A DNA stretch of 64,000 nucleotides. Source: Lachnospiraceae bacterium UBA7182. GTDB lineage: Bacteria; Bacillota; Clostridia; Lachnospirales; Lachnospiraceae. A program made the translations under genes and the position numbers. The notes beneath the pieces were generated by a model that worked only from the letters and a program-made list of their open reading frames with translations, ran no database searches and was not told the origin of the DNA. This document shows positions 42,991 through 53,805 of this stretch, piece by piece (within the stretch, counting starts at the first letter, position 1; every line of letters begins with the position of its first letter). Location: positions 4,618-68,617 of the forward strand of contig DKVI01000071.1 of assembly GCA_002491115.1 (NCBI GenBank). Direction: 5' to 3'.

Positions 42991-44214
42991 TTACCCGATC
43001 AACACCGTCTTCCCCTCAAACGCGAACCCATATTTCCGGATTTTTTCTGCAGGGATTCCTTTTGCTTCCAGCGCCGCCGCATACTTTTTCTCTTCGATCT
43101 GGCGCAGCGCGTTTTGTACGGTTTCTTTCAGGTCTTTTTCTTTTCCCGGATGAAACACTTTAAATTCCAGTATATACTCATCAATCCTGGTACAGAGCGT
43201 TTTGCCTTTAAGCAAATCCTCTACTACGATCTTGGCTTCTTTGCTTCCTTCCTGGATCAGCTTTCCAACCAGGCTGTTGCTGCTGGTGTTCACCCAGTAA
43301 GCTGAAAACCTTCCGGTCTTTAAATAATTCAGGATAGACCATGGATTATAAATCTCCTTTTGATGCCCGAACACAAAGCCGTCATACCACCATTTGACTT
43401 TCGGCATCTGGTCTTCCATGGCACGCTCTTTCAGTGCCGCATGTACTTCCGCTTCTGTAAAGCCAAAGCTGTCCGCATACAGGTCAGAGGTGGAAGTGAC
43501 GACTGTCAGATTGTTCAGATCTGAGAAGATGGATTCTTTACTGATCCGGGTAATCCCTGTCATGACCGCCCGCTCCAGATATGGGTTCGTCTTAAAAGTA
43601 GAATTAAAAAATCCGCGGATAAATTCCGTCAGTTCCTCCCAGTATCCATATACATAGGCTTCCTGCATGGGCGTGTCATATTCGTCCAGCAAAATAATAA
43701 CCTTTTTTCCGTAATATTGATATAAATAGTTTGACATCCGCCGGACTGCTATGGACATATCCGCCCAGTCCATAACAAAAGATACATTGGCCCAGTACGC
43801 ACGGTCTTCCTCGGTGAGTATATTTTCATTTTTCAGAAAATCATATTTTGAATACAAATCTGTAAGCAGCAGACCGATTTTCTTTTTTGCCTGTTCAAAA
43901 GAGACGCTTTTCACATCCGCAAAGCTTAAAGCAATTACCGGAAATGTTCCCTGTAGTTTCCGGTATTTTTCTTCCGTCCATATAGAAAGTTTTCCGAAGA
44001 GTTCTTCTCCCCGACCCGCATAGTCCACAGAAAAAAACTGCTCTGTCATGCTCATATTCAATGTTTTGCCAAAACGCCGGGGTCTGGTGATCAATGTCAC
44101 GTCGTCTTCATTTTCCCACCATTCTTTGATAAAGGCTGTTTTATCAACATAAAATATGCCTTTTGTAATCACCTGTTCGAAATTCTGATGCCCGATTCCT
44201 ACTACTCTTGCCAT
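42991..44214 (-). CDS. AAA-ATPase_like protein, paralog with an in-frame ~150-aa deletion of the nuclease core
   Basis: Collinear with 35506..37185 (same start [10 protein letters not shown], same end [12 protein letters not shown]). It jumps from ...TRIDE directly to YILEFKV (junction near 43173-43177), which removes the GRYD nuclease block. Confidence 0.7.
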   Translation of the reverse strand: MARVVGIGHQNFEQVITKGIFYVDKTAFIKEWWENEDDVTLITRPRRFGKTLNMSMTEQFFSVDYAGRGEELFGKLSIWTEEKYRKLQGTFPVIALSFADVKSVSFEQAKKKIGLLLTDLYSKYDFLKNENILTEEDRAYWANVSFVMDWADMSIAVRRMSNYLYQYYGKKVIILLDEYDTPMQEAYVYGYWEELTEFIRGFFNSTFKTNPYLERAVMTGITRISKESIFSDLNNLTVVTSTSDLYADSFGFTEAEVHAALKERAMEDQMPKVKWWYDGFVFGHQKEIYNPWSILNYLKTGRFSAYWVNTSSNSLVGKLIQEGSKEAKIVVEDLLKGKTLCTRIDEYILEFKVFHPGKEKDLKETVQNALRQIEEKKYAAALEAKGIPAEKIRKYGFAFEGKTVLIG

Positions 44215-44280
44215 AGATATACCCTCGCTGACTTTCTATGTGTGTAGATACTATATCATATTCGCAAAGCTTCTGTAAAC

Positions 44281-44310
44281 AAAAAACAGGGTGCGTTTCA
44301 CCGCACCCTG
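44281..44310 (-). terminator. rho-independent terminator of the esterase gene
   Basis: CAGGGTGCG / CGCACCCTG stem followed by a T6 run on the minus strand. Confidence 0.7.
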
Positions 44311-44315
44311 CGAAC

Positions 44316-45095
44316 TTACACCTGTTTCCATAAGAACTCCATAAATCCCGGCACCTGTTTTTCCCAGTCTGCCTCACAGTGGGCGCCGCCCACCTGGCAG
44401 TAGAGATCTACCGTTACCTGTTTCTGTATCAGCTTATTGGCGATCGTCCGGTTCTGCCGGAACGTAAGGCTGCTTGTATCCGTTCTGGTCACATCCGCCA
44501 GCCCCTTTGCCTCTTTTGTACCCCAGGAAAGGTAGATCCGGGTATCAGGATTTAAGGGACATTCTTCCAGATCTTTTAAGATCTGCGGCATACACGGATA
44601 GACAGAACTGGACAGGCACGCCGCCTTGGAAAAGTAATGATTGTAGCGCACCGCGCCGTACAGGGACATAAGCCCGCCCATACTGGAACCGCCGATGGCG
44701 GTACACTCCCTGAAAGGATACGTCCGGTACTCCCGGTCGATCAGCGGCTTTAATTCTTCCGTCATCCAACGGATGGTCTGATCTCCGATCCCCTCAAAAC
44801 GGCTGAAGAATCCCTTTTCCACATGATAGGGCATATATTCATTCAGCCGTTCGTCACCTTCATGGCCGCATTCGATGCCCACCAGGATCAACGGCTTATT
44901 CCAATTGTCCATAAATTCTTTCAGCCCCCAGCATTTCCCATAGGTGGCGTAGGAATCATAGAACAGGTTATGCCCGTCGAAAAAATACATGACAGGATAA
45001 GAGTCCTGTCCCTCATCATAGCAATCCGGCAGATAGATATGTATCTTACGCTCTTTTTGAACCGGTGAAAATAATAGGCTGCGTTCAATGATCAT
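44316..45095 (-). CDS. putative esterase (esterase-D/enterochelin-esterase-like alpha/beta hydrolase)
   Basis: YPVMYFFDGHNLF and nucleophile elbow GGSSMGG. Confidence 0.65.
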   Translation of the reverse strand: MIIERSLLFSPVQKERKIHIYLPDCYDEGQDSYPVMYFFDGHNLFYDSYATYGKCWGLKEFMDNWNKPLILVGIECGHEGDERLNEYMPYHVEKGFFSRFEGIGDQTIRWMTEELKPLIDREYRTYPFRECTAIGGSSMGGLMSLYGAVRYNHYFSKAACLSSSVYPCMPQILKDLEECPLNPDTRIYLSWGTKEAKGLADVTRTDTSSLTFRQNRTIANKLIQKQVTVDLYCQVGGAHCEADWEKQVPGFMEFLWKQV

Positions 45096-45116
45096 ACGTC
45101 TGCTCCATCCTGTCTT

Positions 45117-45530
45117 TTAATGAATAAACCGTTCGGTCTCTTTTAACCGTACCAGCGCCCTTGCCATGGCGGCCTGGGTCATATGGTATTCCTGAATGCT
45201 CTGTTTCTGGCGCATCCGTTCCTGAGCACGTTCCAGTGCCTCTCTGGCCCGATTGGCATCCACTTCCTCCGGCCTCTCGATCTGATCCGCCAGAAGGGTC
45301 GCCCGGTTGTTGGCAATCAGACAGAAGCCCTGACCCACGATTGCACGGTACTGCTCTCCGTTTTCTTCTATGCGAAACCGCATTTCGCCCGGACAGGTGG
45401 CCACGATCATCTCCGCATGATTCGCCATGATCTCCATCTCGCCGTCCAGCGCCGGTATGACCACCGAATAGCAGGGACCTTCATAGAATACTTTCGTACT
45501 GGTTATAATTTTTATATGAAATGTACTCAT
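45117..45530 (-). CDS. atpC: F-type ATP synthase subunit epsilon
   Basis: 137 aa. Beta-sandwich N-terminus (ITSTKVFYEG...IPALDGEMEIMANHAEM) plus a helical hairpin. Last gene of the atp operon. Confidence 0.85.
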   Translation of the reverse strand: MSTFHIKIITSTKVFYEGPCYSVVIPALDGEMEIMANHAEMIVATCPGEMRFRIEENGEQYRAIVGQGFCLIANNRATLLADQIERPEEVDANRAREALERAQERMRQKQSIQEYHMTQAAMARALVRLKETERFIH

Positions 45531-45542
45531 CGGCCAGAACCT

Positions 45543-46964
<1,422 letters not shown>

Positions 46965-47900
46965 TTAGCCTGAACCAAGATGGAAAGAAGAAGAATTGAG
47001 ATAATGCACCTGGCTGTTGTTGCCTTTTTTCTTCTTCTGCGCCCTGGTACCGCTGCAGACTTCCGTAATCTCCTGTGTGATCGCCGCCTGTCTTGCCCGG
47101 TTATACTGGATTCTCAGATCCCGCAGCAGTTCTTCCGCGTTGTTGGTGGCCGATTCCATAGCCGTCATCCTGGCGTACTGTTCGCTGCAGAAGGATTCCA
47201 CTAAAGCGCCGTAAATAAAACCTGTGACATAGTTGGGAACGATCGTATCCAGCGCTTCTTCAGGAGACGGAGCCAGGGAGAAATATTCCTGGCGGACGTC
47301 CAACGGAATATCCACGTCTGCAAAGCGCACCAGCGGGAGAATCATCTTGTCCTCCAGCACGCTTACAATACTGGACTCCATGCGGGTGAAGATAACATGC
47401 AGTTCATCAAATTCCCCGCTTTTATATTTTTCCAGCAGTCTTCCCGCGATCCAGCGGGCGCGGTTAAAAGTAGGATTCTGGGCCGTATACAGGAAATTCT
47501 CTTCCAGCGGAATATTTTGTTTGATAAAATACTGCCGTCCCAGCTCCCCCACCACAAAAAGTTTCACGTCATGATCCGTATGATCAATAAACTGCCGGGC
47601 GGTTTTCAGGATATTGTGGTTAAAAGCACCTGCCAGTCCTTTGTCGCCGCTCATAACCAGAAGACCGATCTTTGTGCGTTTCACATCTGGTTTTTCTATA
47701 AAAATGTGTTCCATATCCGGCAGATGCCGAAGAATCTGACTGATCACATTCTGCAGCGTATAAAAATACGGCTCGGTATCTTCCAGTTTCTTCTTCGCCT
47801 GCTTCATCTTTGTGGATGAGATCAGGTACATGGCGTTGGTGATCTTCTGAGTGTCCTGGATACTTTTAATGTGGTTCAGGATTTCACGCGGGCTGGCCAT
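46965..47900 (-). CDS. atpG: F-type ATP synthase subunit gamma (with an unusual ~27-aa C-terminal extension)
   Basis: [15 protein letters not shown]-terminus and [17 protein letters not shown]-terminal helix, followed by [30 protein letters not shown]. Confidence 0.9.
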   Translation of the reverse strand: MASPREILNHIKSIQDTQKITNAMYLISSTKMKQAKKKLEDTEPYFYTLQNVISQILRHLPDMEHIFIEKPDVKRTKIGLLVMSGDKGLAGAFNHNILKTARQFIDHTDHDVKLFVVGELGRQYFIKQNIPLEENFLYTAQNPTFNRARWIAGRLLEKYKSGEFDELHVIFTRMESSIVSVLEDKMILPLVRFADVDIPLDVRQEYFSLAPSPEEALDTIVPNYVTGFIYGALVESFCSEQYARMTAMESATNNAEELLRDLRIQYNRARQAAITQEITEVCSGTRAQKKKKGNNSQVHYLNSSSFHLGSG

Positions 47901-49668
47901 CTGGCTTCACCACCTGACTTTTATATTCTTGCACAGCTTCTGCAATCCTCTGGGCCAGGCTGTCGGAAAGCATATGCATCTGTTCAATCTCGTCTACGAT
48001 TCCGGGATAATGCTGCTCTACATAAACAAGCATGCCTTTTTGGAATTCCTTGATCTTCTCCACCGGGATGTCAAGCAGCAGCTTCTGATTGGCAGCGGAC
48101 AGCGTAATGACCTGTTCGTGGAGGGAAAGCGGCTTGCATAAGGGCTGCTTTAACAGTTCCATCAGTCCTCTTCCGTATAAAAGCTGTTGTTTGGTCGCCT
48201 CATCCAGATCCGAACTGAACTGGGTAAATACCTCGGTCTCCCGATACTGTGCCAGATCGATTCGGATGCTTCCCGCCGCTTTTTTCATGGCCTTTGTCTG
48301 GGCCGCTCCGCCGACACGGGACACGGAAAGACCCACGTTGACCGCGGGACGCATACCGGAAAAGAACAGATCGCTTTCCAGAAAGATCTGCCCGTCAGTG
48401 ATGGAGATGACATTGGTCGGGATATACGCCGACACATCTCCCGCCTGGGTTTCCACGATGGGAAGCGCCGTAATGGAGCCGCCTCCCAGCTCGTCTTTTA
48501 ATCGGCTGGAACGCTCCAGCAGGCGGGAATGCAGATAAAACACGTCTCCGGGGTAAGCTTCCCGTCCGGGCGAACGCTCCATCAGAAGGGAAAGCGCCCG
48601 GTATGCCACCGCGTGCTTGGACAGGTCGTCATAGACAATCAGTACGTCGTGTCCGCGGTACATAAAATATTCTGCCATGGCCGTGCCGGAGTAAGGCGCA
48701 ATATACTGAAGGGACGCCGGATCGCTGGCAGTCGCCGACATGACGATCGTATAACTCATGGCGCCGTGTTTTTCCAGTGTGTTTACCAGCTTGGATACAG
48801 TAGAAGCCTTCTGTCCGATCGCCACATAGATACAGATTACATTTTTATCTTTCTGGTTCAGAATCGTATCAATGGCAATGGATGTCTTACCGGTCTGCCG
48901 GTCGCCGATGATCAGCTCCCTTTGTCCCCGTCCGATGGGAAACATGGAGTCAATGGATAAAATACCTGTTTCCAGGGGCGTACTGACGGATTTTCTGTCA
49001 AGTATGCCTGGAGCGGGCTGTTCGATGGGACGATAATCCGAAGCGGCAATGCCCTCTTTTCCGTCGATGGGCGCACCCAGGGCGTTTACTACCCGCCCGA
49101 TATAGGCGTTTCCTACCGGAATACCCGCCATACGCTCTGTACGGACTGCCTTCATGCCCTCTTCGATTCCGTTGTCACTGCCAAGAAGGATACATCCGAT
49201 TTCATCAATTCTTATATCCTGCACCATACCCTGAAGCCCGTTCTCGAACAGGATGACCTCGCCGTACATGGCATGTTCAATACCATAGATATAGACGATG
49301 CCGTCTCCCACCTGGCTGACGTGACCGACTTCTTTGCTTTTGATCTCCACGTCATCCAGACGTCCGTGCAAAATACTGATAATTCCTTTTTGGGACGAAA
49401 TTGTATTCCTGCCGCTTACGTCCATGGAATTTAATGTATCTTCCAGTAATTTCTGTCTGCCTGCCTGGCTCCAGTCATATTCTTCATTTCCCGCCCGCAG
49501 GATAAAACCGCTTACGATTTTCGGGTTGTTTACAAGGGTGATATAGATCTCACAGTCCGGATACTGCTTTTCCAGAAAATGCTGGATACCGTCCAGTTGT
49601 TGTTTATCCGGTGCGGTTACGCATTCCAATACACAGTCCAGCACCTGATGGCTTTTATAGTCCTGCAT
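47884..49668 (-). CDS. atpA: F-type ATP synthase subunit alpha with an N-terminal fusion to the C-terminal domain of subunit delta (OSCP)
   Basis: Residues ~95-594 are canonical alpha ([16 protein letters not shown]-loop). Residues 1-80 ([63 protein letters not shown]) match the delta C-terminal domain pattern. No separate atpH lies between atpF and atpA. Confidence 0.85.
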   Translation of the reverse strand: MQDYKSHQVLDCVLECVTAPDKQQLDGIQHFLEKQYPDCEIYITLVNNPKIVSGFILRAGNEEYDWSQAGRQKLLEDTLNSMDVSGRNTISSQKGIISILHGRLDDVEIKSKEVGHVSQVGDGIVYIYGIEHAMYGEVILFENGLQGMVQDIRIDEIGCILLGSDNGIEEGMKAVRTERMAGIPVGNAYIGRVVNALGAPIDGKEGIAASDYRPIEQPAPGILDRKSVSTPLETGILSIDSMFPIGRGQRELIIGDRQTGKTSIAIDTILNQKDKNVICIYVAIGQKASTVSKLVNTLEKHGAMSYTIVMSATASDPASLQYIAPYSGTAMAEYFMYRGHDVLIVYDDLSKHAVAYRALSLLMERSPGREAYPGDVFYLHSRLLERSSRLKDELGGGSITALPIVETQAGDVSAYIPTNVISITDGQIFLESDLFFSGMRPAVNVGLSVSRVGGAAQTKAMKKAAGSIRIDLAQYRETEVFTQFSSDLDEATKQQLLYGRGLMELLKQPLCKPLSLHEQVITLSAANQKLLLDIPVEKIKEFQKGMLVYVEQHYPGIVDEIEQMHMLSDSLAQRIAEAVQEYKSQVVKPDGQPA

Positions 49669-50143
49669 TGTTCATCTCCCCCGCCTTTTCCAAAAACTGG
49701 TCATAAAGAGCAGAATCGTTATCTGTAGATGCCAGAGATTTTGACGCGATATCCATAATCAGAGCGCGTATCTCTTCTTCTGCCGGACCTACGATATTTT
49801 CTTTTTGAAATTCCGCTTCTCTTTTTGAATCATCTACAATTTGTTTTGCCCTTTTGCGGGCATCCTCTACGATATTGTCATAATCTATGCGGGCCTTTTC
49901 ATTGGCCTGTGCCACAATTTTGGCTTTTTCTTCTTCCAGATTCGCCTGAAACGCCCTGCACTTTTCCTTTTCTGCCTGGGCTTCTTCTTTGATCGCCTGG
50001 GCTTCGTCATAGCGGGATTTGATGGACGCTTCCCGTTTACTGATGATATTGTTGATCGGCTTAAAGAGGAAAATGCGGATCAGAATATACCATATCACCA
50101 GATTGATCACGGTAAAAAGCAGGTTTATGTCTAATCGTAACAT
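49655..50143 (-). CDS. atpF: F-type ATP synthase subunit b
   Basis: ATG at 50143 ([21 protein letters not shown]: TM helix followed by a long charged helix). The listed TTG start at 50227 would overlap atpE and is rejected. Confidence 0.85.
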   Translation of the reverse strand: MLRLDINLLFTVINLVIWYILIRIFLFKPINNIISKREASIKSRYDEAQAIKEEAQAEKEKCRAFQANLEEEKAKIVAQANEKARIDYDNIVEDARKRAKQIVDDSKREAEFQKENIVGPAEEEIRALIMDIASKSLASTDNDSALYDQFLEKAGEMNNAGL

Positions 50144-50162
50144 TTTTAAACTCCGCCTTTCT

Positions 50163-50387
50163 CTATGCCAGAAGAATGATGATGAACAGCGCGATGACGA
50201 AACCGTAGATAGCGGTTGCCTCCGCAAGGGCAGAACCCAGAAGCAGGATTTTCATGATCTTTCCTTCTGCTTCCGGCTGTCTTGCCACAGCTTCCGTTGC
50301 TTTGGATGTTGCGATACCAATACCGATTCCCGCGCCGATACCTGCCAGAACCGCGATACCTGCACCTATAGCGATTAAAGTTGACAT
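50163..50387 (-). CDS. atpE: F-type ATP synthase subunit c
   Basis: 74-aa hairpin with a GxGxGxG helix ([18 protein letters not shown]), loop ARQPE and ion-binding Glu in LAEATAIYG. Confidence 0.95.
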   Translation of the reverse strand: MSTLIAIGAGIAVLAGIGAGIGIGIATSKATEAVARQPEAEGKIMKILLLGSALAEATAIYGFVIALFIIILLA

Positions 50388-50469
50388 ATGATTGATTCTC
50401 CTTATTTTTACTTGATTTTTTTGATTGTTTCGCGTCGGCCTTCCCGTTCCTTCGGATGAAGACCTGGAT

Positions 50470-51147
50470 TTATTCGATCGCTTCTTTAATAAACAGCCCT
50501 GTCAGAAACACGAAGACATAAGCCTGGATCAGACCGTCGAATATGTCAAAATACATACTGAACGGAACCGGCAGAACCCAGGGCAGGATATGTTCGATCA
50601 GTTTCATGATGACAAACGCGCCGATCACGTTGCCGAAAAGCCGCATACACAGCGACAGAGGCTTGATAAATACTTCCAGGATGTTGATCGGCGTTACGAT
50701 CGCGATCGGTTCCGCAAAGCTTTTCAGCCATCCGCGGACGCCTTTTTTATGTATGCCCGCAAATTCAATCAGTATGATGCTCATAAGCGCCAGGGCGGCC
50801 GTCACATTCATGTCCTTCGTGGGCGGTTTAAAACCCAGGATACCGATCGTATTGGCAATGCCGATATAGATCAGTATTGCGGACAGATACGCTCCGTACT
50901 GTCTGCCTTCTTCGCCGATGATCCCGGTACCGATATTCTGGATACTCACGACCGCGTGTTCCAGCAAAAGCTGTCCGCGTCCCGGATTCTCGACTTTCAG
51001 GCGGCTTGTCAGTAAGATGGATGCAAGAAGGACGGCGGCCATGATGACCCATGTGACCACGACAGACTCGGATATGCCGATGCCGTGGACTGTAAAGACG
51101 GTCTCACAGGTCAGCTCTTCGATCAGCGATTCACCCAAATTACCCAT
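50470..51147 (-). CDS. atpB: F-type ATP synthase subunit a
   Basis: Conserved Arg helix [17 protein letters not shown] at 51147 is preceded by AAGGAAG; the listed start at 51168 is TTG. Confidence 0.9.
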   Translation of the reverse strand: MGNLGESLIEELTCETVFTVHGIGISESVVVTWVIMAAVLLASILLTSRLKVENPGRGQLLLEHAVVSIQNIGTGIIGEEGRQYGAYLSAILIYIGIANTIGILGFKPPTKDMNVTAALALMSIILIEFAGIHKKGVRGWLKSFAEPIAIVTPINILEVFIKPLSLCMRLFGNVIGAFVIMKLIEHILPWVLPVPFSMYFDIFDGLIQAYVFVFLTGLFIKEAIE

Positions 51148-51335
51148 AACTGCACTTCCTTTCTTCAAAAAATACGGGCTTTTTGTCGAAAAAATATAAC
51201 GCCCAAAAACCCGACATTATTATACTACATAATGAAAAAAATGCAATGCGGGTTTTTAAAAATAAGGCGTTAAAATATTGCTAAATCGGACGCGAATATT
51301 TGTTTGCTTTTTTTTGGCATACATGATATAATAAA

Positions 51336-51349
51336 GAAACGAATGTTCG
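51336..51349 (+). promoter_or_regulatory. LexA box at the lexA promoter (autoregulation)
   Basis: GAAACGAATGTTCG has the same AAACGAATGTTCG core as box 2 at 18842. It lies just downstream of TATAAT (51327-51332). A weaker CGAATATTTGTTTG lies at 51293-51306. Confidence 0.65.
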
Positions 51350-51387
51350 AGAAACTTACATCAGCACTTGATTAGGAGGATTATTTC

Positions 51388-52005
51388 ATGGCATATGGAA
51401 AAATATCAGCGAAGCAGCAGGAAATTCTGGATTTTATCAAGTCGGAAATCTTAAGTAAAGGATATCCGCCCGCTGTGCGCGACATCTGTGAGGCGGTTCA
51501 TTTAAAATCCACTTCTTCCGTCCACTCTCATCTTGAAACGCTGGAGCGAAACGGCTACATCCGCAGAGATCCGACCAAGCCCCGGGCGATCGAGATTATG
51601 GATGAGAATTTCTACATGCTGCGCAGAGAGATAAGCAACGTTCCCCTGATAGGCACGGTAGCTGCCGGGCAGCCGATCCTTGCCGCGGAAAATGTCGAGT
51701 CCTACTTTCCCATTCCGACCGAATATCTGCCCAACGCAGAGACTTTTATGCTGAAAGTACAGGGAGAAAGCATGGTGAATGCCGGGATTTACAACGGCGA
51801 CCGTATTCTGGTACAGCAGCAGAATACCGCTGACAACGGGGACATCGTTGTGGCCCTTTTAGATGATTCGGCGACCGTTAAGACTTTTTATAAAGAAGAC
51901 GGCCACTACCGTCTGCAGCCGGAAAATGATTCCATGAATCCGATTTATGCAGACGAAGTGACCATTCTTGGCAAAGTATTCGGGGTCTTCCGCTTATTCC
52001 AGTGA
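51388..52005 (+). CDS. lexA: LexA repressor
   Basis: N-terminal wHTH (LSKGYPPAVRDICEAVHLKSTSSVHSHLETLERNGYI), AG cleavage site (VAAGQP), and the Ser (GESM) and Lys (TVKTF) of the S24 peptidase. Confidence 0.95.
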   Translation: MAYGKISAKQQEILDFIKSEILSKGYPPAVRDICEAVHLKSTSSVHSHLETLERNGYIRRDPTKPRAIEIMDENFYMLRREISNVPLIGTVAAGQPILAAENVESYFPIPTEYLPNAETFMLKVQGESMVNAGIYNGDRILVQQQNTADNGDIVVALLDDSATVKTFYKEDGHYRLQPENDSMNPIYADEVTILGKVFGVFRLFQ

Positions 52006-52815
52006 TTCCAGATACTCTTCCAGCGTGATTCCCTGTTCTGTGATCTGTTTTGCGGCGTCTACGCCTACATATCTGAAATGCCAGGACTCATAGGAAATTT
52101 TGGTAATATCTTCTTTTCCTTCCGGATAGCGCAGGATAAATCCATACTGGCTGCAGTTCTCCTGCAGCCAACGGATCTCCTTTGTGGAGCCCTGTTTTTC
52201 GTCCAAAAACTGATAGTTCTTTGCCACGATATCCACGCACAACCCGGTGGCATGTTCGCTGCATCCTACCGGCATGGTCTCACGCACTACTTCTTCGTAG
52301 GCTTCCGAGTATGTATAACCCTGACGCACCAGGTCTGCGATATCTTCATCCAGAAGTTCCCTCTGTCTTTGCGGGCTTCGGTAGCCGGAGGCAATCCAAA
52401 AAGATAAGCCCTGCTTCTCTCCCTCCGCCAGCATATCTTTCAGAGCATCAAAAATGGAAGCGTCCACATCTACTCCATAATCCCGGTTTCTTTTCAGGTT
52501 CGGCTGATAGCTTTCGTCTAACGGATGATCTTTATTGACCAGCAGAAGGTTCTCGGCTCCGTAAGGTACACCTTCAGCTTCGGATATCTTCCGGATGGGT
52601 TCTTCCTCACTGAAAACATCTTCCGGCTCCTGTAAGTCTTCTTTTTGCTCCTTTGCGGGGGACAGGCTTTTTACAGCGAAAGAAGTAAGTTTCCAGCCCG
52701 TTACAAGAATCAGTACCACAGCCAGGCAGACGGCATATCTTTTGAGCATCTTTCTGAAAAATTTTTTCAGCGCTTTCTTTTTTGTCCGATGTCTTTTTCT
52801 TCTTATACAGTTCAT
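51994..52815 (-). CDS. VanY-like D-alanyl-D-alanine carboxypeptidase (peptidase M15B)
   Basis: N-terminal TM helix. SGYRSPQRQ, SEHATGLCVDI and ESWHFRY zinc-site motifs. Confidence 0.8.
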   Translation of the reverse strand: MNCIRRKRHRTKKKALKKFFRKMLKRYAVCLAVVLILVTGWKLTSFAVKSLSPAKEQKEDLQEPEDVFSEEEPIRKISEAEGVPYGAENLLLVNKDHPLDESYQPNLKRNRDYGVDVDASIFDALKDMLAEGEKQGLSFWIASGYRSPQRQRELLDEDIADLVRQGYTYSEAYEEVVRETMPVGCSEHATGLCVDIVAKNYQFLDEKQGSTKEIRWLQENCSQYGFILRYPEGKEDITKISYESWHFRYVGVDAAKQITEQGITLEEYLESLE

Positions 52816-52857
52816 CTGCGTACTCCTTTTCTTATGCTGCTTTATTTACGGTTCTTT

Positions 52858-53805
52858 TTATTCATTCAACAGATCGATCTTATTCACCACTTCCTGGAAT
52901 CCTGTGACAAGGCCTCTGTATTTGACGGTATCCAGGCTCTCCGCTTCAAGCTGTTCCATATATAAAGGTTCCATATCAAAATACAGGATCAGCAGGCCCA
53001 GTTTTTCATACAGAGTTTCCGGCCCGATAAACTCGCAGGAATCCGCCCCGTAGTACGCCATACAGCCGGCAGAGAACCAGTCTCTTAAATAGGAAAGTGT
53101 GCTATAGTAGCCTTTAGCTGTTTTCTCATACATTTCTGCCTCTTCTTCCATTTTCCATGCTTCTGTCATGACAGCAATCCGCCCTTCTGTATGCTCGTTG
53201 TAGATTTTCGCATAGTAAATCTGGCAGGAAATCGCATCCACCAGAAATTGATAGTCAAACATATCATCATCCGAGAAACACAGATACCAGAAGTTCAGAA
53301 GCTCTTTTTTATTTGGATTTTCATCCGATTCATAAGTCAGGCTGTAATATCGGGCGGATTTTATACAATTAATCCAGGCTTTTGCCGGAAGGGTACTCTG
53401 ATCCTGATAAGTGGTTCCTGTTTCCGTATCCGTATAGGAACTGTAATCCCAATCATAATAGATATTGTCAAGCTCCGGAAGAACTCCCTGTTCAGACGCC
53501 ATTAATGCCTGGTCGTACAGGTTGTTAAGCAGTTCTCTGCTTACCTGTATGGGATTCTCTATGGACGATATCTTTACCAGATTCCCTCCGTCTGCTTCCA
53601 GTTTGCCAAATGCATGTACGTTATCCTGCACGCTTCCGGAACCGGGCTCTAAAAAAGAAAATCCGTCCCTTTCGGATATCTCCGCATGATTTAAAGTCCG
53701 AAGATCCAGGCTCCGGCTGACATATCTGGGCAAAAAGATCACGCCTGCCGCCAAAAGAACGGTGCCTGTGAGACAGATCCAGAAAAAATGATTTTTATCG
53801 TTCAC
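52858..53805 (-). CDS. membrane-anchored protein of unknown function, translationally coupled to the kinase gene
   Basis: GTG at 53805 is preceded by GGGAGGA and overlaps the kinase stop (GTGA). Single TM helix FFWICLTGTVLLAAGVIFL. No recognisable domain. Confidence 0.5.
   Translation of the reverse strand: MNDKNHFFWICLTGTVLLAAGVIFLPRYVSRSLDLRTLNHAEISERDGFSFLEPGSGSVQDNVHAFGKLEADGGNLVKISSIENPIQVSRELLNNLYDQALMASEQGVLPELDNIYYDWDYSSYTDTETGTTYQDQSTLPAKAWINCIKSARYYSLTYESDENPNKKELLNFWYLCFSDDDMFDYQFLVDAISCQIYYAKIYNEHTEGRIAVMTEAWKMEEEAEMYEKTAKGYYSTLSYLRDWFSAGCMAYYGADSCEFIGPETLYEKLGLLILYFDMEPLYMEQLEAESLDTVKYRGLVTGFQEVVNKIDLLNE

Noticed and set aside
41972-43153. 393-aa plus-strand ORF spanning the M48 gene, the surface-protein relic and the 3' end of the ATPase paralog
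   Set aside because: It runs antisense to three independently supported minus-strand features. It has a low-complexity Arg/Phe-rich composition, no RBS and no recognisable motif. It is a shadow ORF.
50144-50227. Long form of atpF starting at TTG 50227
   Set aside because: It would overlap atpE by 65 nt and add a Ser/Arg-rich non-homologous N-terminus. The ATG at 50143 gives the canonical b-subunit TM start ([10 protein letters not shown]).
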